A DNA stretch of 64,000 nucleotides from an uncultured Gemmatimonadales bacterium (lineage in GTDB: Bacteria > Gemmatimonadota > Gemmatimonadetes > Gemmatimonadales > GWC2-71-9): NCBI GenBank assembly GCA_963730185.1, contig CAVSQW010000008.1:320001-384000 (forward strand). The letters are read 5' to 3'. Shown here in pieces: positions 24,895 through 37,198 of this stretch. The notes under the pieces are model-generated. The model did not search any database. It saw nothing but the letters and a program-made list of their open reading frames with translations, and was not told the origin of the DNA. How positions within the stretch are numbered: the first letter of the stretch is position 1; every line of letters starts with the position of its first letter. Made by a program: the position numbers and the translations under genes.

Positions 24895-25698
24895 TCAGGC
24901 TGAGCCCGGCCTGCCGAACCGGCGGTCCCGGGCCGGCCGAATCAGTCTCGGGAAGTTGGTGATGATCCCCGCGACCCCCAGGTCCCAGAGCCGCTCCGCC
25001 GTCGCGGCGTCGTTCACGGTCCAGACGTGTACCGGGCAGCCCAGGCGGGCGGCGCCTCTCACGAAACGCCCTGTCACGACCGGGATCAGGCCCCGGTACC
25101 GCGCCGGAACGGCGTAGAAACCCACCCCCTGAGACCGAGGGGTGAGCCCCAGGGCCGTTCGTCCCACCAGGCCGGCGATCTCTCGCCGAGAGGCGCCGGC
25201 CAGGAGCGGCGGCCGGTGAAATCGCTCCAGGGCCGTCCGGAGGAACGAGGCGACCACGGCCTGGCCGGCCGCCTGCCGGGCGAGCAGGAGGTCGGCAACC
25301 GGGCGCTCCGCCTCGGCCACCTTGAGCTCGATCAAGAGCGGCACACCGGGGTAGCGGTCGAGCACCTCCGCGAGCGTCGGAATCGTCGCTCCCCGGCCTC
25401 GCCAGGGGTACGAGGTGGCGTCGGGCATGAACCGGGCTCCGGCGTCGAGTCTGGCCAGCTCGCTCGACGACGCGGCTGCCAGTGGGCCGTGACCGTCGGT
25501 GGTTCGCTCCAGGGTCGGGTCGTGATGGACCATCGGGACGCCGTCGGCCGAAAGCCGGATGTCGAGCTCCAGTGCATCGGCCCCCTGGGAGAGGGCCAGG
25601 TCGAACGACGGGATGGTGTTCTCCGGGGCGTCGCCGGAGGCGCCGCGATGGCCGATCACCGGGTGCCCGGAGGGGTCGAGCAGGAGGTCGGCGATCAC
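24895..25698 (-). CDS. Glycerophosphodiester phosphodiesterase
   Basis: VIGHRGA...PENT, ELDIRLSADG..VHHD, IELK, VWTVND and GIITN; GTGA overlap. Confidence 0.9.
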   Translation of the reverse strand: MIADLLLDPSGHPVIGHRGASGDAPENTIPSFDLALSQGADALELDIRLSADGVPMVHHDPTLERTTDGHGPLAAASSSELARLDAGARFMPDATSYPWRGRGATIPTLAEVLDRYPGVPLLIELKVAEAERPVADLLLARQAAGQAVVASFLRTALERFHRPPLLAGASRREIAGLVGRTALGLTPRSQGVGFYAVPARYRGLIPVVTGRFVRGAARLGCPVHVWTVNDAATAERLWDLGVAGIITNFPRLIRPARDRRFGRPGSA

Positions 25699-26600
25699 CG
25701 GCCACCGTCCAGTCGGAGCCCGGCGGGCAAGGTGACTCCGCCGGTGGCCAGGGCCCCCGCGATGATCGGGACGGTGAAGGTCACCCGTCGGCCGGACGAG
25801 GGCGCCACCAGCTCGACCCGGGCCGCCAGGCCGGCGGTGGAGTCCGAGCTCAGGGTCAGGGCGCTGTCCGGGAGGACCGTCCGGCCCCGGACGAACGCCA
25901 GCACCTGGATGGCGAACGGCTCCGGTCGGTCGGCGACGACCGACACCCTGGTGGCCGGCTCGCGATCGTTGCCCAGCTCGAGGACTCCGACGACGGAGGG
26001 ATCGACCGCGCTCTCGGGTGGGGCCGCGGCGGAGAAGGTGTCGTGGAAGGCCAGGAAGCGGCGACCGGTCCGGCCCGGATAGACCAGCTCCCGGAGGCCG
26101 ATGCTCGACGCGAAGAGCGAGCGCCCGGTGAGCAGGCTCCAGTAGGCATCGAGCGTCTGGCTCCCACAGCAACCCCGACTCGACATCCGATAGAGGTTCC
26201 CGATCGGCGTGCCGCTTACCCCCCGGCCGGCAATCCGGAAGAGCGGGCCGGTTTGGCCGCTGTCGGGTTGCCAGGCGGTGATCAACGCCTCCGACCCGAC
26301 GCTCTCCGACTCGACGCAGTAGCGGGTGTCGTAGCTCTCCTGGAGTACCAGGCGCCGCGGCCCCTCGTCGTCCTGGACGGTCACGACCCGGAACTGACGG
26401 TTGGTGGTCTGAATCGATTGGCACCCCGCGGCGTCGCGGTAGAGCCGCAGCTCCGATCGCGCCTCGTGGCTGATCACCCCGCGGGCGAGCACGGGGCCGC
26501 CATCCGTTCGACTGGAGGAGGGCGGCAGCGACTCGATCCGGCAGGCGGCACTCAGGATCAGGAGCGCGCTCCCGAGAATTCTCCACCGTGCGGGCCGCCC
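25695..26600 (-). CDS. Hypothetical lipoprotein (start uncertain)
   Basis: RILGSALLILSAAC lipobox followed by about 280 coding-like residues; the nearest in-frame GTG is at 26717. Confidence 0.55.
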   Translation of the reverse strand, partial: GRPARWRILGSALLILSAACRIESLPPSSSRTDGGPVLARGVISHEARSELRLYRDAAGCQSIQTTNRQFRVVTVQDDEGPRRLVLQESYDTRYCVESESVGSEALITAWQPDSGQTGPLFRIAGRGVSGTPIGNLYRMSSRGCCGSQTLDAYWSLLTGRSLFASSIGLRELVYPGRTGRRFLAFHDTFSAAAPPESAVDPSVVGVLELGNDREPATRVSVVADRPEPFAIQVLAFVRGRTVLPDSALTLSSDSTAGLAARVELVAPSSGRRVTFTVPIIAGALATGGVTLPAGLRLDGGR

Positions 26601-27008
26601 TGGCCGGTGGAGTCGGTCGGCCGTGCGAGATCTTGCACCTCGGCTCCGACGTCGACCTCGCCTAACTCCCAGGGCGAGCCATGTCGAATCGTTTCGGGAC
26701 CTGTGACGGATCGACACGCTTCGGGTGGAGTTGCTGCGACCGCACCACGGTATCGGCGCACCTGCCCGCGCGCCGGCACCTGCTCGTGACAGCGGCGTGT
26801 TGGCGTCGTGATTCCCGCTGGGGAGGTTTCCGTCCGTCGGAACGGGGCGTCCGTCACGGTGATGGAACCCCGCTGGACCGAAGGGCTTGACAAAGTGGAA
26901 CCTTTTTTGCGGAATACCGTTGTAGAGGTGGACGAGCGCACCGGCGGGCGGTGCGTGATCCAGACTTGGTTCGGGGGGGAGGCCCGGGCCCAGAGGAGGG
27001 TAGGACCC

Positions 27009-27203
27009 ATGCTCGACCCCGTTTTGTTGCACTTGCATCAGGCCAAGCAGTCGGCCCAGTGGTTCGCGCAGCTGATCTCGCTGGACCCGGAATTGGTTCT
27101 CCCGGCGGCGCTTCCGCTCATTGCCGCCCGTCTCATGGACGCCGGAGGAGCGGAGGACGACGGGGACGACGATCTCGACGCCGCCGAGCTGGCTGTGATC
27201 TAG
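27009..27203 (+). CDS. Small hypothetical protein with acidic tail (64 aa)
   Basis: GGAGG/AGGA SD-like sequence before ATG; MLDPVLLHL...EDDGDDDLDAAELAVI. Confidence 0.4.
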   Translation: MLDPVLLHLHQAKQSAQWFAQLISLDPELVLPAALPLIAARLMDAGGAEDDGDDDLDAAELAVI

Positions 27204-27320
27204 ATCACAAAACCGATTCCCCGCGCAGCACCCGCACGGCCCCCGGTTGTTCTTGGGGGCCGTCGTCGTTCGGCGCGGATCGGGTTGCAGAACTCCCACC
27301 GTCGGGCGGTTTGCTCCCGG

Positions 27321-30056
27321 CTACCGGCCGAGGATTCCGTTGAAGAGGAAGCGGTAGGTGCCGTGCGGTTGGCTTCGGAAGGTGATCTCCGGGGTGAACA
27401 GATAGAGCGTCCCCCGACCCACCTTGGCCTCGGCCGCCACCACCCCCTGATCGAGGAAGGTCTGGCCCCAGGCCCAGCCGCTCCGCAGCGGGCTCGCGGT
27501 GTCGAACCAGGCGACCGGCCGGACGCCCTTGGCGCGGGCGTCGGGATCGAGCCGGAAGACCGGATCCTCGTCGAAGAACACGATCGCCCGGCCGTTCATG
27601 CCCAGCGCCGACTGGGCGGTGGAGTCCACCGCCACCTCCAGCAGCGAGCCGGGGAGGTAGTACTTCTCCTGGGGCAGCGGCTTGACCGCCCCGTCGGGCG
27701 AGCGCTCGACCAGCTGGCTCTCCATCGGCAGGCCGAGGTGCCGGGCTAGGGCGGTGGCCGATCCGATCGTCACGATCCGTCCGCCGGCCTCGAGGAACGC
27801 CTTGAGCTGGGGCACGGTCTCCTCGACCGTGACTCGCCCGATCTCGTTCTGGTATTGCGCCGGCAGGTCGGACGGGGCCTCCCGGGCCGCATTCTGGCGG
27901 CGGGACACGGCGTTGCCGGCCGCCCGGGCCGGAATCGACCCGCCCACGAAGATCAGGACGTCGAACTGCTGAGCCAGGTTCCCCTGGTCGAGCCGCGGGG
28001 CGTACACCAGCTGGAAGGGAAACTCGAACTGTTCCAGGATCCAGCGGACCCAGCCCGACGGTGACGAGCCGCCGTACTGATCCCAGAGCCCCACCCGGAC
28101 CGGCTTGAACGGCGCGGCGCCGGCGGCGCGGCCGGTGGCCGCCGCGACCGGGAGGCCTCGTTCCGAGACCAGGGCCTGGAGGATCTTGGTCGATTGACCG
28201 GTCGCGGGCACCCGGATCTCGTCGCTGCCCGGCACCGCTTCGACCCGCTGACCGGCCGTCAAGAGGCGGTTCACCGCCAGGTAGGAGTCGTTGACCCGCC
28301 GGCTCAAAGCGTAGGTCCGGGCCTTGGGGAGTGACGCTGCCACCGGCGGCTTGGCGAGCACGTCGTCGATCCTGGTGCAGGGGCAGTCGAACCCGTCGAG
28401 GATCCGGTCGTACTTCACCCCCATCTGCATCGCCAGGGTGTAGCCGGTGTTGTCGTAGGGCGGCTTGGGCGGCCCGCCGGGATAGGCCAGGTCGTTGGGG
28501 TAGTCCTGGGGCTCCATCATGTCCATCACGTGGGCGCCGAACGCCTGGGCGGTCTTGATCACGTACGAGCCGGCGGGATACTGCCTGCCCGAGACCGTGA
28601 ACGGCCGGGTGGCGTACTGGACGGCGATTCCGGAGCGGATCAGGGCGTCGACGAACGCGGTGGCGGTCAGGAAGTCGCTCTGGTCGGAGGGGAGCACGTA
28701 GCCCCGGGGGTCGCGGTCCTCGGGCCGCCGGAGCAGGCTCACCAACGTCGGGTTGAGCAGCTTGGTGCCCCGGAAACTCGCGACCGTGCCGTTGGAGTCC
28801 TTGGCCGCGGCCGCCTCGAGCTTGGCGACCATGCTCGGCGTGATGGTCCAGCTGTCCTCATTCCCGCGCCGGATTTGGTTCCGGCCCATCAGGTAGATGT
28901 TGTAGAGGAGCTGCTCCCGGTAGCGCGAGGCGTAGTCGAGCACCGCCCGGTTGGCGGTCATCGAATATTCGATCGACTGCTTGAAGTGCCACTCCCGGGG
29001 CAGGACCGGGAAGGGATCGCTCCCGTTCGCCACCAGCATGTCGGGCACTAGGGGAATGGTGATCGGGGTAGGGTTCCCGATGGTCTCGGTCAGGAGACCC
29101 ACCATGTTGTGGAAGTAGGGCGCGGTCCGGAGCCCGCCGTTCCACCAGGTCTGGTAGTTGGAGGCGTTGCGGGTCACGACGCCCGGCTTGCCCTCGGCGG
29201 CGAAGCGGGTGTGCATCGCCTCGCCGACCATGCTGAGGGTGCTCATCAGGATCGGGCCGAGGAAGTAGTTCTGCGGGTCGCGGAAGGGCGGGGAGAACAT
29301 CACCGCGCCGGCCGGTCCGGTCTGGTGATGGTTGTAGACGATCTCCGGGTACCACTGGCGAAACAGGATCCGGCTCATGTTCTGCGTTTCCGGCATCGCG
29401 TTCATGTAGAAGTCGCGATTGTTGTCGTGGCCGACGTACTTCTGGTAGAGGCGGGGCAGGTCGTCCGTGCTGCGCTGGGTCGGGTCGGACCGCCGCATGT
29501 ACCAGTTGGAGACCAGCTCCATCCCGTCCGGGTTGGCGTGCACCAGGACTTGGATCACGTCGTCGAGGATCCGGAGCGTCTCGGGATCGTTCTTCGATGC
29601 CATCTCGTAGAGGTGCTCCATCAGCTGATGGGCGCCCAGCACCTCGGTGGCGTGGAGCCCGCCGTCGATCCAGATCACCGCCTTGCCTTCCCGCGCCAGA
29701 GCGCGGGCTTCGTCGTCGGTCAGTCCCTCGGCCCGGGCCAGGCGCTCGGCGATGTCCTTATAGTGGTCGAGCTTGGCGAAGTTGGCGGGCGAGGTCACGA
29801 TGGCCATCAACTGGTCCCGTCCCTCGGCGGTCTTCCCGATCGACCTCACCCGGACCCGGTCCGATTCGGCGTCGATCTTCTTCCAGTATTCGGTCAGCTG
29901 GGTGTAGTTGGCGAGCTGGTAGTCGTCGCCGATGTCGAAGCCGAATTGCTCCTTCGGCGTGGTGATGTGTTGCTGCGCGGCGAGCGGAGCGGCCAGGACG
30001 ACGAGGGCAGCGGCGCCAGCGGCGACGTGGGGACGGAGCCACACGAGCATGGTCAA
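27321..30056 (-). CDS. Secreted M14 zinc carboxypeptidase
   Basis: Signal peptide; GKTAEGR, GGLHATE (HxxE), NPDG, DNNRD and HHQ. Confidence 0.88.
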   Translation of the reverse strand: MTMLVWLRPHVAAGAAALVVLAAPLAAQQHITTPKEQFGFDIGDDYQLANYTQLTEYWKKIDAESDRVRVRSIGKTAEGRDQLMAIVTSPANFAKLDHYKDIAERLARAEGLTDDEARALAREGKAVIWIDGGLHATEVLGAHQLMEHLYEMASKNDPETLRILDDVIQVLVHANPDGMELVSNWYMRRSDPTQRSTDDLPRLYQKYVGHDNNRDFYMNAMPETQNMSRILFRQWYPEIVYNHHQTGPAGAVMFSPPFRDPQNYFLGPILMSTLSMVGEAMHTRFAAEGKPGVVTRNASNYQTWWNGGLRTAPYFHNMVGLLTETIGNPTPITIPLVPDMLVANGSDPFPVLPREWHFKQSIEYSMTANRAVLDYASRYREQLLYNIYLMGRNQIRRGNEDSWTITPSMVAKLEAAAAKDSNGTVASFRGTKLLNPTLVSLLRRPEDRDPRGYVLPSDQSDFLTATAFVDALIRSGIAVQYATRPFTVSGRQYPAGSYVIKTAQAFGAHVMDMMEPQDYPNDLAYPGGPPKPPYDNTGYTLAMQMGVKYDRILDGFDCPCTRIDDVLAKPPVAASLPKARTYALSRRVNDSYLAVNRLLTAGQRVEAVPGSDEIRVPATGQSTKILQALVSERGLPVAAATGRAAGAAPFKPVRVGLWDQYGGSSPSGWVRWILEQFEFPFQLVYAPRLDQGNLAQQFDVLIFVGGSIPARAAGNAVSRRQNAAREAPSDLPAQYQNEIGRVTVEETVPQLKAFLEAGGRIVTIGSATALARHLGLPMESQLVERSPDGAVKPLPQEKYYLPGSLLEVAVDSTAQSALGMNGRAIVFFDEDPVFRLDPDARAKGVRPVAWFDTASPLRSGWAWGQTFLDQGVVAAEAKVGRGTLYLFTPEITFRSQPHGTYRFLFNGILGR

Positions 30057-30143
30057 TGTCCGGGGACGGAGGTGCGGAATTTGATGGTAGGAAAACTGAC
30101 GGCACGTCTCAACGATGGCAAGTCAGTGGCGCTTTTCGCGGGC

Positions 30144-30557
30144 TCACCAAGGGGACGGAAATTCACTTTCGATCGTCTCGGCCAGGGCCAGGAGCTCCTT
30201 GGCCGATCCGGCGTGGGGCAGCAGCTGGGCGAGCTCGCCCCGAACCAGGCGCAAGCGCCCCGTGAGCAGGGCCATTACCGGAGACTGGCGGGATTCGAAC
30301 AGCTCGCGCCACACCTCCGGCTCGGCCTCGAGCAGGTACGCGGCGCCGGCCAGGTCGGCGCCGGTGGCGCGCCGCGCCTCCCGACACTCGCCGTGCCAAA
30401 GGTCGAGGAAGACGGCGGCCGGCTCGGGCAGGGCGGGGCCGGCCGCGACCAGGGCCACCGAGCCTTCCCAGGCAGCGGCGGCGGTCCGGTAGGTCTCGCT
30501 GGCGGCCAGCGCGTCACCCCACGCGCGGGCCCAGGCATCGCTGAAGACGATCGGCAC
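30144..30557 (-). CDS. SCP2 sterol/lipid-binding domain protein
   Basis: FSDAWARAW...YRTAAAAWEG, LDLWHGEC and PVMALLTGRLRL. Confidence 0.75.
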   Translation of the reverse strand: MPIVFSDAWARAWGDALAASETYRTAAAAWEGSVALVAAGPALPEPAAVFLDLWHGECREARRATGADLAGAAYLLEAEPEVWRELFESRQSPVMALLTGRLRLVRGELAQLLPHAGSAKELLALAETIESEFPSPW

Positions 30558-30621
30558 GGATCGGGGCTCCGGAAGAGAACGGCGCGCGAATCCTAATACC
30601 GCGGCGCCCGGGCGGGCCACG

Positions 30622-33318
30622 TCAGAAGCCGGGAATCCAGTACGAGGCTTTGATCGCGAGGAAGTTGTCGCCGGTCGCCCGGAGCGCGTCGCGGAGGGCG
30701 CCGGGTCCGACCAGGGCGCCCGGCTCCGAGCCGGCGCACCCGACCGGATTGGACGGAGTGCAGAACCCGGCCCGGCTCTGCTGCCAGACCAGGAAGAGGG
30801 TGCTGCCCGGGCTCCATTCCCACCGGAGCACCAGGTTGCTCCGGAACGACAGCGCCCGGAAATCGGGGACGTCGACCGAGAAGGTCTCCCCGTTCCGCTG
30901 GTCGTGTACGAGCAGGGTGCCGTCGGTCGCGGGCGTTGCCGTCGTGCCGTCCTGACCGTAGAGGCGGAGATCGGAAGTCCGGGCCGCGGCCAGCTCGCCG
31001 ATGCCGCTGTAGCGCCCGCTCGCGGCGAAAGGCTCGGCGTAGAGCTCCATCGTCAGGTTCGGGCTGAAGGTGTAGTTGAGCCGAAGCTGGGCGACCAGGG
31101 TGGTTCGGCGGATCGCGCCGAACACGTACCGCTGCCCGTAGGTGGCCGCGGAGCCGCCGTCGAGGGTGGTGAGATACTGTCGGTGGTCCAGGCTGGTGAG
31201 GTACGACGGGTTGAAGGAGAGGCTCACCCGGGACGACGGACGGAGGGTGAGCCCGGCCGAGAAGCGCCGCTGCCAGTTGCCCAGGCCGCCCTGGTACAGG
31301 TTGGCGTAGAGGTCCCAGGTGGTGCTCCCGGCGTAGCTGCTGTTCACGCCGGCGTTGATCTCGAACCCGGCCGGGGTTCGCATCAGCGGGCCGCCCCGGG
31401 TTAATCCGTCGCTCTGGGCCGGGAGCGCCAGGTTCAGGTTGAGCGAGCTGGAGAAGAAGTTCCGCCAGGTGTGGTGCGAGAAGATGCCCACCAGAGAGCT
31501 GGTCCGGACCCCGTCGAAGTTCCAGTTGGACCGGCCGTAGACTCCCAGCACCGCGTTTCGGAAGAGCCGGCCGGGGCGGGTCCAGTGGTGGTTGAGGTCG
31601 GCGTTGACGTCGATGTCGTCGGCCGTTTGGAGCCGGCCCATGTCGTTGGTCTCGAAGCCGGGCGACTTCATCGCGATCTCGGCGCCCGAAAGCCAGTTGC
31701 CGGCGTTCTTGTCCCAGCGGAGCCGGGCCCGCCAGCCGCGGAGGCTCGTGGCCAGGGAGTCGACCCGGCGGTACCGGTAATCGGGGCGCTGGAGGTAGCG
31801 GGCCGGCGCCTCCTGGAGCGCCGTCATCGCCTCGGTGGAGCCCTCGACGTAGCTGCCCCCGACGTCGCCCGTGATCTCGTACTCCCCCTGCTTGAAACGG
31901 AGGACCCAGTCCGCCCCGCCGGCGACGGCCCGGTCGGCCAGCTGACCTCGCAGGGCGGCGGCGTCGCCGAAACTCCGGGTTACCCCCGAGACGATGGCGC
32001 CGACCGTCGACGCCTCCCGGCCGAACTCCTGCTGGAGCCGGAGCACGCCGTATCCCGCCCGGGGCGCGATCATCGTCCGGGTGGTCAGCGCCGGGAGCGA
32101 GTCGTAGGTCCGGGCGTAGGCCTGGTCGGTGAGCGCCGTGAGTGCCCCGATCGAGAGCCCGCTCGGCAGCCGGCCGGTGACCTTGGCGGCTCCCAAGATG
32201 GTGGTGGCGTCGGGCCGGTCCAGGTAATCGCCCGTGGCGTCGCCCCGGGGAGCTCCGCCGACCCGGCGGCTGTAGAAGTAATCGTCGACGGTACTCCGGA
32301 GCAGCTGCTGACCCTCCGTGAAGAAGGGGCGCCGCTCGTTGAAGAAGGTCTCGAAGGCGGTGAGGTTCACTTCCGCCGGGTCGGCCTCGACCTGCCCGAA
32401 GTCGGGGTTGATCGTGGCATCGAGCGTGACGTTGGGCCCGAGTCCCATCTTGAGGTCCGCGCCGGCCCGGACCCCCACGTGCCGGCCGTCGGGGTCGAAG
32501 GGGTTCTTGGGGTCGGGCGCCCCGGCGAACCGCCCGTTGGAGGCCAAGTACGGCACCACCTCCACCCGCCGGCCCGAATGAATGTTCCGCAGACCCTCCA
32601 GGAGGCCGAACCGCGAGGCGAAGCCGGCCTCGGTCCGGGGCACCACCACCCAGTAGATGTCTTCGTTGAGCTGGGGGATCCAGCGGTACACCTGGATCCC
32701 CCATTCCTGCACCGGCCGGTCGTTGAACCGGAGCTGGGAGAACGGGATCCGCATCTCCGCCGTCCACCCGGTGGAGTCGATGTGGGCCTTGGCCTCCCAG
32801 ACGGGATCGAAGGTGAAGTCCCGGACGTCGAATCCGTCCCGGTCGCGCGGCAGGTAGTAGTCGCGGCGCACCCCGCCGGAGGTGACCGAGAAGCTGGAGG
32901 CGGTGCGGCGGTCCAGGAACGGATCGAACGACACCACGATGTGCTCGGAGTTGCCGTACTGATCGCGACGGGTGACGTCCCTCGGGATGGTCTCGGGGTG
33001 CCGGTTGAAGAGGCGGGCCCCCACGTAGAGCGCGTCGTCGTCGTACAGGAAGGCGACCTCGGTGCGTTCGTCGGGGGGCGCGTTCTCGACCGGCTCCTTC
33101 TGGCGGAAGTCGGAGAAGAACTTGGCCCGTTGCCAGGCCGCCTCCGTCAGTCGGCCGTCGAGATGGACGCCGGGACCCTCGATCCGGACCGCTTCCGCCC
33201 GCTTGCCGCTCGCCCCCGGGGCGGCCGTCCGGGCGCCCCGACGGGTCGTCTGGGCCGCCAGCGGTGGCGCCAGGATGGAGCAAGCCAAGGCCAATCCAAC
33301 CGCGAGGCGGGGCGTCAA
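30622..33318 (-). CDS. DUF5916 outer-membrane protein (CBM9-like N-terminus + beta-barrel)
   Basis: [47 protein letters not shown] and C-terminal KASYW; TTG start inferred. Confidence 0.85.
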   Translation of the reverse strand: MTPRLAVGLALACSILAPPLAAQTTRRGARTAAPGASGKRAEAVRIEGPGVHLDGRLTEAAWQRAKFFSDFRQKEPVENAPPDERTEVAFLYDDDALYVGARLFNRHPETIPRDVTRRDQYGNSEHIVVSFDPFLDRRTASSFSVTSGGVRRDYYLPRDRDGFDVRDFTFDPVWEAKAHIDSTGWTAEMRIPFSQLRFNDRPVQEWGIQVYRWIPQLNEDIYWVVVPRTEAGFASRFGLLEGLRNIHSGRRVEVVPYLASNGRFAGAPDPKNPFDPDGRHVGVRAGADLKMGLGPNVTLDATINPDFGQVEADPAEVNLTAFETFFNERRPFFTEGQQLLRSTVDDYFYSRRVGGAPRGDATGDYLDRPDATTILGAAKVTGRLPSGLSIGALTALTDQAYARTYDSLPALTTRTMIAPRAGYGVLRLQQEFGREASTVGAIVSGVTRSFGDAAALRGQLADRAVAGGADWVLRFKQGEYEITGDVGGSYVEGSTEAMTALQEAPARYLQRPDYRYRRVDSLATSLRGWRARLRWDKNAGNWLSGAEIAMKSPGFETNDMGRLQTADDIDVNADLNHHWTRPGRLFRNAVLGVYGRSNWNFDGVRTSSLVGIFSHHTWRNFFSSSLNLNLALPAQSDGLTRGGPLMRTPAGFEINAGVNSSYAGSTTWDLYANLYQGGLGNWQRRFSAGLTLRPSSRVSLSFNPSYLTSLDHRQYLTTLDGGSAATYGQRYVFGAIRRTTLVAQLRLNYTFSPNLTMELYAEPFAASGRYSGIGELAAARTSDLRLYGQDGTTATPATDGTLLVHDQRNGETFSVDVPDFRALSFRSNLVLRWEWSPGSTLFLVWQQSRAGFCTPSNPVGCAGSEPGALVGPGALRDALRATGDNFLAIKASYWIPGF

Positions 33319-33528
33319 ACAGGGGTCCTTTCGGGTCGGGACGTGACGAGGGGCCGCGACGCCGCGGCCCCTCACCCGCTACGACCTCGTTTCGAGCCGG
33401 GTTTCAGGCGCTCGGGGCGGGCCGCTGCGACTCCGAATCTGGTCGGCCCCGCACCGGATCGCCAGCCGACGCCTTATACTCAGGTCGGACCTTCCAGCCG
33501 ATCCCGACTCGTTGCGAGGCACCGAGCC

Positions 33529-35206
<1,678 letters not shown>

Positions 35207-35224
35207 AATCGGGGCGGCCACGCG

Positions 35225-36451
35225 GTGCCGGTTCTCCGCAACATCGCCACGCTGTATCAGTGCCGGCCGGACGGTGCCCAGGCCGACGTGCACCCAATCC
35301 CGGACGCCGCGCTCGTCTACCAGGGCGAGACCATCCGCTGGGTGGGGCCGCGGGCGGAGCTTCCCGGCACGTGGGCCTCGCTGCCGGAGGAGGACGCGGG
35401 TGGCGGGATCGTGATCCCGGGCCTGGTCGACTGCCACACCCACCTGGCCTTCGGGGGCTGGCGGGCGGCCGAGTTCGAGCAGCGGATCCTGGGCCGTTCG
35501 TACCTCGAGATCGCGCGGGCGGGCGGGGGGATCCGCTCCACCGTCGCTGCTACCCGGGCCGCGAGCACGAGCGAGCTGGTGGCCCGCTGCCACCGGCACC
35601 TCGACGGCATGGCGGCCCTGGGGGTCACCACGGTGGAGGCCAAGTCCGGCTACGGGCTCTCGCTCGACGAGGAGCTCCGGCTGCTCGAGGTCTACCGCGC
35701 GGTCGGGGCCGAACGGGCCCAGCGGATCGTGCCCACGCTGCTCGGCGCCCACACCATTCCGACCGAGTACGATGGCCGACGCGAGGCGTACGTGGAGCTG
35801 GTGGCGGCCGAGATGATCCCCGCCGCCGCCGAGCGGGGCTTGGCCCGCTTCTGCGACGTGTTCGTGGAGGAGACGGCCTTCTCGATCGACGAGGCCCGAC
35901 GGATCTTCGGCGCCGGCCGGGCCCATGGCCTCCGGCCGAAGCTCCATGCCGATCAGCTGAGCGCGGGCGGCGGGGCCGAGCTGGCGGCGGAGGTGCGCGC
36001 GGCGTCGGCCGACCATCTGGAGCGGGCCAGCGACCGGGGGATCGAACGGATGGCCGCGGCCGGTGTCGTGGCGGTGAGCTTGCCGCTGGCCTCGCTGTAC
36101 CTGGCCCAGCCGCCGATGCCGGCCCGTCGCTTCCTCGCCGCGGGCGTGCCGGTGGCCGTCGCCACCGACTTCAACCCGGGCTCCGCGCCCAGCTATCACC
36201 TCCCGTTCGCGCTGACGCTGGCCTGTAGCCTCCAGCGGATGACCCCGGCCGAGGCCCTCAAAGGGGCCACGGTGATCGCGGCGCGCGCGATCGGACTCGA
36301 CCGCGAGATCGGCTCGCTCGAGGCCGGCAAGAGCGCCGATTTCGCCGTCCTGGCCGCCCCGACCGTGGAGCACTGGCTCTATCAACTGCAGGCCAACGCC
36401 TGTCGCCGGACGGTGGCGCGGGGCTCGAGCCTCGCCGTGCCCGTGTCGTAA
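35225..36451 (+). CDS. hutI: Imidazolonepropionase
   Basis: PGLVDCHTH, EAKSGYGL, LGAH, KLHADQL and ATDFNPGS. Confidence 0.93.
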   Translation: MPVLRNIATLYQCRPDGAQADVHPIPDAALVYQGETIRWVGPRAELPGTWASLPEEDAGGGIVIPGLVDCHTHLAFGGWRAAEFEQRILGRSYLEIARAGGGIRSTVAATRAASTSELVARCHRHLDGMAALGVTTVEAKSGYGLSLDEELRLLEVYRAVGAERAQRIVPTLLGAHTIPTEYDGRREAYVELVAAEMIPAAAERGLARFCDVFVEETAFSIDEARRIFGAGRAHGLRPKLHADQLSAGGGAELAAEVRAASADHLERASDRGIERMAAAGVVAVSLPLASLYLAQPPMPARRFLAAGVPVAVATDFNPGSAPSYHLPFALTLACSLQRMTPAEALKGATVIAARAIGLDREIGSLEAGKSADFAVLAAPTVEHWLYQLQANACRRTVARGSSLAVPVS

Positions 36452-36612
36452 CGACAACTTCCGGTTCGAGCATCGTGTCCTTTCGACGCGCGCGTCTCCC
36501 TGTGCCACGGGGCGATAAGCCTTTCAGTGGCAATCGTTTCGAGCGCACCGTCCGGGTGGGCTCGGACGTTGCTTGAGGATCGGCGCGAGGTGAGACGGTG
36601 TCACCATTCCGA

Positions 36613-36978
36613 ATGGCCCGCTGGGGATTGTCGCTCGCGCTGACCGCGGGTTGTGGATCGACGGTCGGACCCGACCTGCAGACGGGCCTGACCGGCTCGG
36701 TGGCTCGCGGGCCGATTACGCCCGTGTGCTTCGAGTCGGTGCCCTGCGAGGCGCCGTTCGCGGCGAGCTTCACCGTGCTTCGGGCCGGCCGACGGGTCGG
36801 GGCCTTCCGAAGTGACGAGGCGGGGCGGTTCGAACTGCGGCTGGCGCCGGGCGACTATCAGGTCGTGCCCGCCGCCGATGCTCCCCTGGTGGCACCTGAG
36901 AGTCAGAGCCGGTCGGTGACCGTGGGGCCGGTTGGGCTCACGGCGGTGGCGCTCCGGTTCGACACCGGCATCCGCTAG
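36613..36978 (+). CDS. Small lipoprotein with carboxypeptidase-regulatory-like/Ig-like fold
   Basis: Lipobox LTAGC; SDEAGRFELRLAPGDY; ends FDTGIR. Confidence 0.7.
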   Translation: MARWGLSLALTAGCGSTVGPDLQTGLTGSVARGPITPVCFESVPCEAPFAASFTVLRAGRRVGAFRSDEAGRFELRLAPGDYQVVPAADAPLVAPESQSRSVTVGPVGLTAVALRFDTGIR

Positions 36979-37198
36979 GGCGAGCCGGCTCCAAGTGGCG
37001 TCAACTTGCGGGGTTGGGTATTGGACGACAAGTTGTATCCGTTCCAGAGTCCAACGTAGCTGAAGGGCGGGGGGGCGCGTCCGGGTGACCGGTGCCGGCC
37101 TCTTCAGGGTTTGGTGGTGAACGGGTTCGCGCGGGCGTCTTCGGACGCCCCGACGAGGCCGGGCATCTCGGGTTTCCATTCCACAACGCGGGGGATCG

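Noticed and set aside
26887..26920. Sigma70 promoter at TTGACA
   Set aside because: The -35 is perfect but there is no convincing -10 at 16-18 bp.
37015..37045. HutC operator upstream of susC
   Set aside because: No TGTA-N2-TACA palindrome; only a loose resemblance.
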